Assembly (NCBI GenBank): GCA_963675595.2
Contig: CAXXLZ010000002.1
Location: forward strand, 3,296,001-3,360,000
DNA from: Thermodesulfobacteriota bacterium
GTDB lineage: Bacteria > Desulfobacterota > Desulfarculia > JACQYL01
DNA length: 64,000 nucleotides
Direction: 5' to 3'
In this document: positions 30,454 to 41,932 of the stretch, in pieces
Position numbering within the stretch: position 1 is the first letter of the stretch
Layout: every line of letters begins with the position of its first letter
The notes under the pieces: generated by a model
Seen by the model: only the letters and a program-made list of their open reading frames with translations
Databases searched by the model: none
What the model was told of the DNA's origin: nothing
Program-made: the position numbers and the translations under genes

Positions 30454-30792
30454 AGATTTTCGACTTTTCCTCGATGACATCCTGGATGCCGTAACCCAAG
30501 TGCGGGAATATACTTTTGGATTCGGCTATGAGGAGTTCTCCGGAGAAGGAGGACGCAGGATGCCGTGATGCGCAATCTCGAGATCATAGGAGAGACGGTA
30601 GGCCGTTTGCCGGAATCGATAAAGGCTGCTCCCGAAATAAAATGGAAAAAGATTGTCGGGTTTCGGAATATCGTGGCGCAAGAGTATTTCGGCGTAAGCC
30701 TCCCGCTGGTGTGGGATATAATGAGTTGGGCTCCCTTGAAATGGCCTGCAGAGACTCTTGGCGGGCGATTCTTCGGAGCCGGGAGTCGGTAG
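30446..30792 (+). pseudogene. HEPN/DUF86 toxin, frameshifted and with altered active site
   Basis: MYRDFRLFLDDILDA...YEEFSG, frame change near 30546, then RTQDAVMRNLEIIGE...FRNIVAQEYFGV (R-x4-H reads R-x4-Q). Confidence 0.8.
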
Positions 30793-31033
30793 TTGACCTT
30801 ACTCTTTGTATGGAATTCGATCGATACCATAGGCAGCGGAAAGAGGCCGTCCCGGGGTTTTTGCACGGCTTCTCCCTTTTCGTCGGCCTGCCTTTTCAAG
30901 CCGATGGTTGACGGGCGGAAGGTGTCCGGTGTATGTGCGATGAACCATCGGGGCGAGCCCCGGAAAATATGACGGTGAGAGCGGATGAATCGCGGTATCA
31001 TAGTCGGGCGGGCATGCTCGGGGGAAAATAATA

Positions 31034-31061
31034 AAGGCGCAACCTTTGAAAGGTTACGCCC
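31034..31061 (-). terminator. Probable terminator downstream of tRNA-Leu
   Basis: GGCGCAACCTTT-G-AAAGGTTACGCC hairpin flanked by A/T runs. Confidence 0.6.
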
Positions 31062-31073
31062 TTATTTTCAAGA

Positions 31074-31160
31074 TGGTGCCGAAGGCGAGACTCGAACTCG
31101 CACAGGCGTACGCCTACTAGACCCTGAACCTAGCGCGTCTACCACTTCCGCCACTTCGGC
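31074..31160 (-). tRNA. tRNA-Leu (anticodon CAG), 87 nt, encoded CCA
   Basis: Acceptor stem GCCGAAG/CTTCGGC-ACCA; anticodon arm CTAGG-TTCAGGG-TCTAG; long variable arm AGGCG-TA-CGCCT; T-loop GTTCGAG. Confidence 0.97.
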
Positions 31161-31248
31161 ACGCGAGATTGATATCAATAAAGGGTTTCCCCGCTTTTGT
31201 CAAGTCGGATAAAATCCTTTTCAAATAGAATGCGAAACGGGGATCGAA

Positions 31249-32196
31249 ATGGGCCTCTTTCATGGTCTCGAAGAACTGCGCCGGCCTTTTAAAGGTGCGG
31301 CGGTCACCATAGGAAATTTCGACGGCGTCCACATGGGGCACAGGGCGCTTTTCAATCAGGTAAAGGGCCTTGCCGCTAAGCTGGACGGGGAGTCCGTGGT
31401 GGTCACTTTCGATCCGCACCCCCTCACCGTGTTGAAGAACCCGGCGAACCCGGCCCCGGAAATGATTCACCCCCTGGATGAAAAGGTACGGCTCATTCGT
31501 GCGTGCACGGTGAACCACGTGGTGGTGCTTCCTTTCAACGAGGAATTTTCCCGAATCAGGGCCGCGGATTTTGTCCGGCGGATTCTTTGCGAACGGATCG
31601 GCATGAAGGCCATCGTCATCGGCCACGATTACGCTTTCGGGTATCGCAGGGAAGGAAACATCGACCTGCTGCGCGACCTGAGCGGCGAGCTGGGATTTCA
31701 GGTCGTTCTACTCGAGCCGGTGGAGGTAAACGGCGAAAGGGTCAGCAGCACCACGGTCCGGCGCCTCATCAAGGAAGGAGAAATGGACAGGGTCCGGGAC
31801 TTCCTGGGACGGCCTTTCAGAATGGAGGGCGAGGTGGTTCCGGGACGCAAAGTAGGGGGGGCGCAGCTCGGATTCCCCACCCTGAACCTCGAGCCGGGAA
31901 AGGGCATCGTTCCCGGTAAGGGCGTTTACGTGGTGGAAGTGATTCTGGACGATATCGCTTATCCGGCCGTCTGCAACGTGGGCGTCAATCCCACCTTCGG
32001 CCTGGATCGACTCAGCGTGGAGGCGCACATTCTCGACTTCAACCGGATGATTTACGGGGAGCGGGTCAAGATGGATTTTCTCAAGAAACTTCGAGACGAG
32101 AGGAAGTTTCCCGATTTTGAGGCATTATCCAGGCAGATCGCTTCGGATGTGGCCGAGGCTGCGTCTTATTTCCAAGGGAGTCGTGTACCGGCCTGA
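31249..32196 (+). CDS. ribF: Bifunctional riboflavin kinase/FAD synthetase
   Basis: IGNFDGVHMGH, TFDPHP, VSST, GFPTLN, GVNPTF, VEAHILDF. Confidence 0.96.
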   Translation: MGLFHGLEELRRPFKGAAVTIGNFDGVHMGHRALFNQVKGLAAKLDGESVVVTFDPHPLTVLKNPANPAPEMIHPLDEKVRLIRACTVNHVVVLPFNEEFSRIRAADFVRRILCERIGMKAIVIGHDYAFGYRREGNIDLLRDLSGELGFQVVLLEPVEVNGERVSSTTVRRLIKEGEMDRVRDFLGRPFRMEGEVVPGRKVGGAQLGFPTLNLEPGKGIVPGKGVYVVEVILDDIAYPAVCNVGVNPTFGLDRLSVEAHILDFNRMIYGERVKMDFLKKLRDERKFPDFEALSRQIASDVAEAASYFQGSRVPA

Positions 32197-32201
32197 GCCT
32201 T

Positions 32202-32843
32202 TCACACCCCCCGTGTCTCAGGGGCCCAAACGTACTTGTGAATCTGGAGGTTCAATCTTACCGAAAGACGGTCCCGCAGTATCCATTCCGAAAGCACCCG
32301 TGGTTCCATCCGTCCGAACACCGGAGAGAAATTCACCGTGAAGCCCGGCGACCCTCCCCGGACCCGTCGTTTCAGAACGTCCACTGCGTAGTCGTAGTCT
32401 TCCTCCGTGCCGATGACGAATTTCGCCTCGTCACTGGGGCTCATTCGAGCCCAGTTGTCCCAATCGGTTTGCCCGCACTCGCCGCTCGACGGACATTTGA
32501 AATCCACGATCCTCACGCAACCGGGGTCCAGGACCCCAATGTTCAGAGAGCCGTTGGTTTCCACCAGCACGCGGCGGCCTTGCCGAATGAGCTCACGAGC
32601 CAGGGACGGGGTTTCCTCTTGATACAACGGCTCTCCTCCGGTGATCTCCACGAGACCGCACTCGAATCGGCCGACTTGTTGGAGAATCGCGGAAACCGAC
32701 ATGGAGTCGCCTTCGTCGTAGGCGTACCGGGTATCGCAAAACGTGCAACGAAGGTTGCACCCCGTCAGGCGAACAAAGACGCAGGGCAGACCCGAATAAG
32801 TCGACTCTCCCTGAATGGAATGGAAGATTTCAGTAACCCGCAT
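32202..32843 (-). CDS. queE: 7-carboxy-7-deazaguanine synthase (radical SAM)
   Basis: EIFHSIQGE, FVRLTGCNLRCTFCDT, TGGEP, LQIHKYVW. Confidence 0.92.
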   Translation of the reverse strand: MRVTEIFHSIQGESTYSGLPCVFVRLTGCNLRCTFCDTRYAYDEGDSMSVSAILQQVGRFECGLVEITGGEPLYQEETPSLARELIRQGRRVLVETNGSLNIGVLDPGCVRIVDFKCPSSGECGQTDWDNWARMSPSDEAKFVIGTEEDYDYAVDVLKRRVRGGSPGFTVNFSPVFGRMEPRVLSEWILRDRLSVRLNLQIHKYVWAPETRGV

Positions 32844-32906
32844 GGAGAAGATGTTTCTTTCGGCCCGTACTCGTCGAGTCCGAAGACTCCGGCGACCGGA
32901 GCCGGA

Positions 32907-34616
32907 CTAATTGGAATCCACCCAGAAAAGGTCCACGAAACGCGGGTCCATGTCTTTTCGGCCCACGGTTGAAAACAGGCTCCAGGCATGATCCAGCAGC
33001 TCTCGGTAAACCTGCTTGAGAATCGGGAGCTCGGGATCTTCCGAGTCCAAGGAACACGGCAGCCGCTCGAAGAAAGCCTCGATGACTTCGTCTCCGGACC
33101 ACAGGTCCCGATGGGGTCCCGCTTCGCCCATGCGATCCAGGAACTCCTCGAGTTGCTTGTGGGAAAGGGGAGCGAACACCGGTTTGACCTCAAGGGATGC
33201 GCGGGCCCAAATGGTGTAAAGACAATTTCGGAACGTGAACCATCGGTCCTTGCAGAGGTCTTCGGGCAGTTCGATTTCGCAAAGGTCTTCGAGAAAACGG
33301 TCCACGGCTCGGACCTTGCCGAGCGCATCGCGGCAATCTTCCACTTGAGCCACGGTGGAAAACGACCGATAGGAGTCCTCCGCACGGGACGGATCGTATC
33401 GCACCGGTCGTCTCAGGCCCAGGCATCTCAGCGTCTCACCCCACGGTTCGTCCCAAAAACCCCAGGACAATCCCACGGCGCGAAACCAGCTTTTCTTCCG
33501 CCACCCTGCCAGTTGCCTGCGGACGTCGAGGACTGCGCTGAACCCGAGGCGAAACAGATCGAACAGGTTATGAACACGGATCGTTTCCGACCAACCTGAA
33601 GCATCGTTTCCGGCGAGCCGTTCCATGCCGATGCTGATCATTCCGGAAGCCTTTTGATAAAGACGCTGAAGCGTCTCCGGTTCTTCGGGCACAATGGAAT
33701 CCGCGCTCATGAGGTGATTGCACACGCCGGCGAATTCCATCATGAGCCGATCCAATAACAGCGTGTCGTCCACTCGGGAGAGTGCCTGGAAGAAAGCGGT
33801 GTCCTCGCCGGCAAGTCGCACAGGCGTCACCGGAAGGTGCACGGGGGGCGTATCGGTCTCTCCTTCGAGGTTTCCGGACAGACGACCGCCGACGAACTCG
33901 GAAGGCTTAACGTAAGTATAGAGATACATGGCCTCGTCGTACGGGACAAACCCCTTTTCCGCCAACCGTGCGTCCCGAAATCGCCGAGCCGTTTCTTCCT
34001 CTTCTGCGGGCAGAAAGCCGCCGAGAGCAAGCAGCAGGTTGTGCAGCGCTTCGTAGTCCGAATCCGCCAGGCGTTTCACGGCATCGCGAACCAGTGGCGC
34101 GTATTTTGTATCCCGGCAACGGATATAGGCCACGTCGTCCAGGGTGAACCATTCTTCAAGATTTACTTCCGGCGGCTCGTCGTAGTCCCGGAACCACACT
34201 TCGATGGTGCGCGCGAGAAACAGAAGCAGAAGCGTCGGTGAGCGATGCATCGCCCAACGACAGAACCTCGGAGCGTCGGCCAACAACAGTCGCGCGAACC
34301 ACACCGCCAGGGAGTCGGTGTGCAGGCCTTCCGCATCCCAGGTCATGAGGTCCAGAAAGTATTGCCACTGTTCCTCCGAGGCAAGCCGCAGCAACCGCAG
34401 GGAGGTCTCAGGCTCCGCATTGAGCAGGAGCCAATGGAGGTCTTCGACCGCCAGGGCGCGAACCAGGCGTGCGGGATGCCCGGAGTCGAAGATGGTTTCG
34501 AGCGTTTGCTCCACCGATACCGGGCGATCCAAGTGGATGGGGACTATGGGCCCCGCGGGGGGCGGCTCCGGTCCGCGAAGTCCGGCATTGATCGACTGGT
34601 CCTTGGAATTCTTCAA
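32907..34616 (-). CDS. Conserved hypothetical protein (DUF6178-like)
   Basis: Long ORF; LVRALAVEDLHWLL...ASEEQWQYFLDL and RFRDARLAEKGF recalled as deltaproteobacterial DUF6178-like; TTG start after GAGG is approximate. Confidence 0.6.
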   Translation of the reverse strand: MKNSKDQSINAGLRGPEPPPAGPIVPIHLDRPVSVEQTLETIFDSGHPARLVRALAVEDLHWLLLNAEPETSLRLLRLASEEQWQYFLDLMTWDAEGLHTDSLAVWFARLLLADAPRFCRWAMHRSPTLLLLFLARTIEVWFRDYDEPPEVNLEEWFTLDDVAYIRCRDTKYAPLVRDAVKRLADSDYEALHNLLLALGGFLPAEEEETARRFRDARLAEKGFVPYDEAMYLYTYVKPSEFVGGRLSGNLEGETDTPPVHLPVTPVRLAGEDTAFFQALSRVDDTLLLDRLMMEFAGVCNHLMSADSIVPEEPETLQRLYQKASGMISIGMERLAGNDASGWSETIRVHNLFDLFRLGFSAVLDVRRQLAGWRKKSWFRAVGLSWGFWDEPWGETLRCLGLRRPVRYDPSRAEDSYRSFSTVAQVEDCRDALGKVRAVDRFLEDLCEIELPEDLCKDRWFTFRNCLYTIWARASLEVKPVFAPLSHKQLEEFLDRMGEAGPHRDLWSGDEVIEAFFERLPCSLDSEDPELPILKQVYRELLDHAWSLFSTVGRKDMDPRFVDLFWVDSN

Positions 34617-34828
34617 TACGTGTTCCTCGAAATCGTGTCGTTGTTTATACCGCCGCGAGACGAGGCGATTCGTCGGCCGGCGTCCGTTCGGCATGATACA
34701 TGTATAACGCAAAAAGGCCGTAACGCAAAGCACGGCTTGGACATCGGGAAACGGACTGAAGCACGGTCCGTGGGTACGAGAAAGGCTCGACGCTTTCGTG
34801 CCGAAGAAAATCGGGCGGAAGGTCGGAG

Positions 34829-34876
34829 AAAAGAAACCCCGGGGTCCCTTCCATAAGGGAAGGGAAAGCCCCGGGG
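34829..34876 (-). terminator. Terminator downstream of groEL
   Basis: CCCCGGGG-TCCCTTCC...GGAAGGGA-CCCCGGGG stem followed by TTTCTTTT on the minus strand. Confidence 0.65.
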
Positions 34877-34888
34877 ATGCAGGCAGGC

Positions 34889-36532
<1,644 letters not shown>

Positions 36533-36820
36533 TTATTCCACGATGGCCAGGATGTCGTCTTCTCTCATGATCAGATGATCCACCCCGTCGAAACTGATTT
36601 CGGTCCCGGCGTACTTCCCGAACAGCACCTTGTCGCCCTCTTTTACCTGCATGGGAATGATCTTCCCATCCTCTCCGACCCGTCCGGGTCCCGCTGCCGC
36701 CACCTTGCCCTGCTGAGGCTTCTCTTTGGCGGTGTCCGGGATGATGATTCCACCGGCGGTCTTTGCTTCCTCTTCCGTTCGAACGATCAGTACTCGGTCA
36801 TTTAACGGTTTTACCTTCAT
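36533..36820 (-). CDS. groS: Co-chaperonin GroES
   Basis: [26 protein letters not shown]; AGGAGG RBS. Confidence 0.98.
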   Translation of the reverse strand: MKVKPLNDRVLIVRTEEEAKTAGGIIIPDTAKEKPQQGKVAAAGPGRVGEDGKIIPMQVKEGDKVLFGKYAGTEISFDGVDHLIMREDDILAIVE

Positions 36821-36922
36821 TGAACCAAACCTCCTGACTAGGTAGTCGTATGATATATCCCAATAAATTGGGCAACTCGTAACCGGAATCAATGGATAAT
36901 CAAGCAGAGAAAAATATATCTG

Positions 36923-36950
36923 AAAATAAGACGGGGACAAGGGTTGTCAA
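36923..36950 (-). promoter_or_regulatory. Putative groESL promoter
   Basis: TTGACA-N16-TATTTT on the minus strand, 103-130 nt upstream of groES. Confidence 0.55.
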
Positions 36951-37025
36951 GAGGACGGGACAAAAATTTCGGGAAAAAGGCGGCCGTTTGGGGGGTTGTA
37001 TAATTTCTTGAATATACAAGAAAAA

Positions 37026-38387
37026 TCAGGTTGGTTGCGCGTCCTCGGGCTCTTGGGAGTCCCCTTGGGCGGCCGCGTGAGCAACCAACACTTCTTTGAT
37101 GGAAGTGTGCTCCAACTCTTCGTCCGACAGACAGCGGACCCGGCGTACAATCCGGTCCACGTGGTCCGCGAACTCGTTTTTCAAGGTCGCGGATTCCGAT
37201 CCGCTCCACATCCCGCGCATCACCTCGCCCACCGTGATCGCTTCCAGGTCCCGTGCGGGTTGGAGCTTGGGAGGGGAGTCCTTGGTTTGGGCCACCAGGC
37301 TTTTTCGGATGAGGTGGTCCAGCACCTCGTTGATAAGGGCCGGATCGATGCCGAGACGGAGGGAAATTTCCCGGGAGGTCAAAGGCCGGCGGCCCTTGCG
37401 GAATCGTTCGGCCAACACCAGGAATATCTTGAGGGCCAGGGGCTCGAAACAGGATTGATCCAGCGTTCTCAGGCTTCGGGGGTGCACCTTGCCGAATCCG
37501 TAGAACGCATAGGACATTTCCGCGCCGAAAAGGAGGATGAGCCAGCTTAAATTGAGCCAGATGAGGAACAGGGGGAGGCTGGCGAAGGAACCATAGATGG
37601 CGTTATATTTGGCCACCCCGATCTGGAAGGTGATGTAAAGGCTCTGTACCACCTGCCAGAGCGTGCCGGCGATGATGGCGCCGGGCAGAGCGCAGGCTAC
37701 GGGCACCCGCGTGTTCGGAAGCAACTGGTAGAGCACCGCGATGGCGATCCAGATAAGCAGGTAGGGCACCAGCGACAAGGCCAAGGCCACCAGGGAACGC
37801 AGGAACTGGACACCTAAAAGGAATTCCACGTAGGCGTTGCTCTTGAGAGAAGCCGTGATGGTGGTGGCCGCAATGAAAAGGAGGGGGCAGACCATCACGA
37901 TGCTGATGTAGTCCGAAAACTTCCGATACAGGGGCCGCTGTTCGGGGACGTTCCAGATGCGGTTGAAGGCGTCCTCCATGCTGCTCAGCATGCGGGTCAC
38001 CGTATAGAAGAGAAACAGGACGCCGATAATGCCCAGGGTGGAGGCATTGGTGTTCTCCACGTACTGGAACAGGTATTCGAGGACTTCCGGTTGGATCCCC
38101 GAGACCTGGGTCTCGATGGTCTTTCTTAGGATATCCGCCACGCCCAGTCCTTTGGCCACGGAAAAGGATACGGCCAGCACCGGAACGATGGAGAGCGTGG
38201 TGATGAAAGTGAGGGAAGCGGCGAGAAAGCTGATCCGGTCCGATTGGGTGCGGTAACCGGCGATGTAGATCACCCGAAGCAGGTTCATGCCCCACTCCCG
38301 AAATCGATCACCGTGATTGGTCGGGGCCTCGCCGGTTCCTCGGAACAACCATGCCTCGACACGCTGGAGCAGGGATGCCTGGTTCAT
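37026..38387 (-). CDS. YihY/BrkB-family membrane protein with C-terminal winged-helix-like domain
   Basis: AASLTFITTLSIVP, AFNRIW, YNAIYGSFASLPLFLIW, LFGAE; Rrf2-like tail (PARDLEAITVGEV). Confidence 0.88.
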   Translation of the reverse strand: MNQASLLQRVEAWLFRGTGEAPTNHGDRFREWGMNLLRVIYIAGYRTQSDRISFLAASLTFITTLSIVPVLAVSFSVAKGLGVADILRKTIETQVSGIQPEVLEYLFQYVENTNASTLGIIGVLFLFYTVTRMLSSMEDAFNRIWNVPEQRPLYRKFSDYISIVMVCPLLFIAATTITASLKSNAYVEFLLGVQFLRSLVALALSLVPYLLIWIAIAVLYQLLPNTRVPVACALPGAIIAGTLWQVVQSLYITFQIGVAKYNAIYGSFASLPLFLIWLNLSWLILLFGAEMSYAFYGFGKVHPRSLRTLDQSCFEPLALKIFLVLAERFRKGRRPLTSREISLRLGIDPALINEVLDHLIRKSLVAQTKDSPPKLQPARDLEAITVGEVMRGMWSGSESATLKNEFADHVDRIVRRVRCLSDEELEHTSIKEVLVAHAAAQGDSQEPEDAQPT

Positions 38388-38714
38388 GATGGGGATCCCC
38401 TTTCAAGATGGTTCGAGATTCGCAAAGCAGGGGTTGAACGGGTCGCCGGTGAGGTCCGGAGTTTCGCGGCCGGTTCCGGCTTCGGTGAATTCTCAAGCAA
38501 CCTTCTTCCGGATTGTACCAGAAGAGAATCCGGTTGAAAGCCCAAAAGAGGTCCGGTACGGTTCGTATTTCGGCTGCGCCGGGTGACGAGTCTCGGGGAG
38601 CACCATGGATTGAGAAAGTAAATAGGCCCATCTTTTCTATATTGATATTTCCTATTTTACCTTCGCCTCCCCGAAATGACTAGATAATAAAAAATACATC
38701 ACCCGGGAGCGGCT

Positions 38715-39320
38715 ATGGAAATGCTGGATTGTATGGGACTGGCCTGCCCCAGCCCCGTCATCAAAACCAAGGACTTACTGGAATCGAAAAATCCCGACAC
38801 CCTCGAAGTGCTGGTGGACAACGAGGCGGCGAGTCAGAACGTTTCGAGGTTTCTTAAAACCAAGGGATTCGAAGTTCGGGTGCGCACCCAAAACGGCGGG
38901 TTTGCGGTGGAAGGGTCCCGACAGCAGGGGGAAGAGACCGCGGCCTGCGAGATCATGGACTTCGAAGCTCCGATGCTTCAGGATGCCCGAACCCTGGTCA
39001 TGGTGGCCACGGACCACATCGGTTCCGGAGACGACGTCCTGGGCGGCAAACTGATGCTCTCCTTCATTTCCACGCTCAAGGAGATGGAGGGGCTTTGGCG
39101 CTTGGTGCTCGTGAACAACGGCGTCAAATTGTCCATCGAGGGAGCGGAAACCCTCGGCGCCATCCAAGAGCTGGAGGCCTCCGGCGTGAGCGTCCTGGTG
39201 TGCGGCACCTGCCTCACGTTCTTCGATCTGCTGGATAGGAAACGAGTGGGAGAAACCACCAACATGCTGGATATCGTGACTTCCATGCAGGTAGCCGGCA
39301 AGGTGATTACCTTCGGCTAG
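38715..39320 (+). CDS. yedF: Selenium metabolism protein YedF (TusA-like plus DsrE-like domains)
   Basis: LDCMGLACPSPV, CGTCL, GETTNMLDIV; directly upstream of selD. Confidence 0.88.
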   Translation: MEMLDCMGLACPSPVIKTKDLLESKNPDTLEVLVDNEAASQNVSRFLKTKGFEVRVRTQNGGFAVEGSRQQGEETAACEIMDFEAPMLQDARTLVMVATDHIGSGDDVLGGKLMLSFISTLKEMEGLWRLVLVNNGVKLSIEGAETLGAIQELEASGVSVLVCGTCLTFFDLLDRKRVGETTNMLDIVTSMQVAGKVITFG

Positions 39321-39526
39321 CGGCCGGCCGTTGTGTCCGGGATCGCGATTGCGTGATCGTGTCGAGCCGGGTTTCGGTTTTTCCGCGCGCCGACCGTGGG
39401 GCGAGTAAGCCGGGAAGAAATCCCGTACTCGATATCCGATTTTAAGGGGGCGCAAGCGGACGGCGGAGTTCTTCCCGCGCGTCTCGGTCGCCCCTTTCAT
39501 TTCATCCAAAACTGCGGAGTGATGGA

Positions 39527-40570
39527 TTGAGCGACAAACCCGACAAACTCACCTCACGAGTCAAAGCCGCCGGTTGAGCTTCGAAGATTCCTCCAGGTGA
39601 TCTGGAGGCCATACTTTCGGAACTGGTGGTGGAACCCCATCCGAATCTCCTGGTGGGTCAGGGGACGTCGGACGACGCCGGGGTGTACAAACTTTCCGAT
39701 GACCTGGCGTTGATTCAGACGTTGGACTTCTTCACTCCCATCGTGGACGATCCCTTTCAATTCGGACGCATCGCCGCGGTGAATGCGTTGAGCGACGTGT
39801 ACGCCATGGGCGGACGCCCTCTAACCGCCATGAACATCGTGTGCTTTCCTTCCAAAGAAATGGACCTGGACGTTCTAAAACGGATTCTGCAGGGAGGGCT
39901 GGACGCGGTGCGCGAGTCCGGGGCGGTGCTGGTGGGGGGGCACAGCGTACAGGATCCGGAAATCAAGTATGGTCTTTCGATCACCGGAACCGTGCATCCC
40001 GATCGAGTGCTCACCAACGCGGGGGCCCGGCCGGGAGACCTGATCGTCCTCACCAAACCCTTGGGCACGGGCATCGTGACCACGGTCATCAAAGCCGGTA
40101 TGGCGTCCGAGGAAACGGAACAAAAGGCCGTTCGCATCATGGGGACCTTGAACCGGAAAGCGGCCGAGGTCATGGAAGGCTTTCGGGTCAATGCCTGCAC
40201 CGACGTCACGGGATTCGGTCTGCTGGGGCATACGCTTGAGGTGGCTCTTGCAAGTCGGGTGACCATCGAATTGGATGCTTCCGAGGTCCCGGTTCTGCCC
40301 GAAGCCCTTGAGTTCGGCGCCATGGGCCTGGTGCCGGAAGGCTCTCACGCCAACCGGAATTATTGCTCCAAGTCGCTCGAAGTCTCCTCGTCCGTGGATG
40401 AAGTCCTGCTGGACGTGCTCGCCGACGCCCAAACCTCGGGCGGGCTGCTCATCTTCACACCGGAAGGGGAAGCGCTCCTGCAGGCGTTGTGGGATGCCGG
40501 CATTCCCGAGTCCCGAATCGTGGGGCGGGTGGTGGGGGCGCATGCTTTGGGCCGACTTCAGGTGCTTTAG
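39527..40570 (+). CDS. selD: Selenophosphate synthetase with selenocysteine U17 (TGA 39575-39577)
   Basis: TTG start, ...LTSRVKAAG-U-ASKIPPGDL in frame with 39626..40570; DDAGVY, DFFTPIVDDP, SDVYAMGG, DVTGFGLLGH, DAQTSGGLL. Confidence 0.96.
39575..39608 (+). promoter_or_regulatory. Putative SECIS of selD
   Basis: TGA, 12 nt, then CCTCCAG-GTGAT-CTGGAGG; loop 19 nt after the TGA. Confidence 0.8.
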
Positions 40571-40653
40571 GCTCGCTCCGCCGACCTTCCCTCGCCTCGA
40601 ATGATATCCCGCCCATGCGCCGCCCGTTCAAGGATTGGACTTTGAACCCGGGC

Positions 40654-41910
40654 TCAGGATCGACCGGGCTTCTCGTTCGAAGGCTCCGGAGTAAACGAGA
40701 AGCGGAAGTGAGTTCCCCCTTCGGTGGCGACCTCGAAGGTTCCCCTCAGTTGTTTGGTGACCAAAGTACGCGCCAACATGAGCCCGAAGGAATCCGTGTT
40801 TTGCACATCAACGGATTGCGGCAACCCAACGCCGTTGTCCCGAACATGGATATCCAAATCCCGCGACTCCATGAGCCGCGCCGTGAGGCTTATCTCCCCA
40901 TGGGACCCATGGGATCCATGGGATCCATGGGGGAATGCGTGCTTATAAGCGTTGCTCAGCAGTTCCGTGATCACCAGTCCACAGTGTATCGCCTGACTTA
41001 CGGGTCCACAGTGTATCGCCTGACTTACGGGCAGCTGAACCGGCTCCAAGTCCAAAGTCAAAGAAATCCGATCCCGAGCCGAGTACATGGACGAGATGAG
41101 CATGTTGCTCAACCGCGTAAGATAATTGCGTAAATTCACAGCCGCAAGGGTGGATGATTGAAAGAGGACTTCATGGATCAGGCTGATGGACTGGATTTGG
41201 CGGTCGCATTGCTCCAAGGTGACGATCACCTCGGGTTCGGTGTGTTGCATGCTCTGCAATCGCAGCAGGCTGGATACCAGTTGCAGGTCGTTCTTGACGC
41301 GATGGTGGATTTCCCGCATGAGAAGCTGTTTTTCTTCCAACAGTGCCTTCAGGGTCTCATTTTCCTTGAGATCGGAAATGTCCAGTATGGCTAGGAGGAA
41401 GCGGGATCCCGGCTTAGAGTCGGACGAAATTCGGACTCGAGCCCAAAAAGGGACTTCCCCTTTTCGCAGGAGCCTGAGTTCAATGGTTTGCACCGCTTGG
41501 TTCACTAGGGAGGCCCGGACTCCTTGGAGGAAGGTCTCCTCGTCCCCGTTGACGACCAATCGATGGAAGGGCCTGCCCAGCAGGTCACCGCGCGCCTCTT
41601 CAAACAAGGTCACAACCGCGAGATTGGCCTTGGACACGTGCCTCCTTTCATCCAGAACCATATAGGCCGCGGGAGCGGATTCGAACAGGTTCTCGAATCG
41701 ATCCTTCTCCCACTGAAGGGCCGTTCGGGAATTTCTCAATTCCTCGTTCTGGATTTCAAGCTCAGTCTGGTACACTTGCACTTCGTGCAGCAGTTCCGAC
41801 AGATCCACGGAGGCGAAAGATGCTGCCTCGGTTCCGCTCACCGACATCCCCTGTTCCGCCACTATCCGCAGCTTTTCCCACCATTCGGAACTCTTGGAGC
41901 CCTCTCTCAT
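40654..41910 (-). CDS. PAS-domain sensor histidine kinase (HisKA_2/HWE-like)
   Basis: ELEIQNEEL coil, PAS, EIHHRVKNDLQ, ELLSNAYKHAF, DNGVG, SFGL. Confidence 0.9.
   Translation of the reverse strand: MREGSKSSEWWEKLRIVAEQGMSVSGTEAASFASVDLSELLHEVQVYQTELEIQNEELRNSRTALQWEKDRFENLFESAPAAYMVLDERRHVSKANLAVVTLFEEARGDLLGRPFHRLVVNGDEETFLQGVRASLVNQAVQTIELRLLRKGEVPFWARVRISSDSKPGSRFLLAILDISDLKENETLKALLEEKQLLMREIHHRVKNDLQLVSSLLRLQSMQHTEPEVIVTLEQCDRQIQSISLIHEVLFQSSTLAAVNLRNYLTRLSNMLISSMYSARDRISLTLDLEPVQLPVSQAIHCGPVSQAIHCGLVITELLSNAYKHAFPHGSHGSHGSHGEISLTARLMESRDLDIHVRDNGVGLPQSVDVQNTDSFGLMLARTLVTKQLRGTFEVATEGGTHFRFSFTPEPSNEKPGRS
40898..40931. repeat. 9-bp tandem repeat (about four units) encoding HGSHGSHGSHG
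   Basis: CCATGGGA(C/T) repeated inside the kinase gene. Confidence 0.85.
40978..41031. repeat. Perfect 27-bp tandem duplication encoding PVSQAIHCG twice
   Basis: TCCACAGTGTATCGCCTGACTTACGGG at 40978-41004 and 41005-41031. Confidence 0.95.
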
Positions 41911-41932
41911 GGGCGTCTCCTTTGTTTTCGGT

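Noticed and set aside
30563-30568. TGA in the HEPN gene as another selenocysteine codon
   Set aside because: The homologous sequence continues in a different frame, so it is a frameshift rather than read-through
36821-37020. CIRCE/HrcA operator before groES
   Set aside because: No TTAGCACTC-N9-GAGTGCTAA match seen
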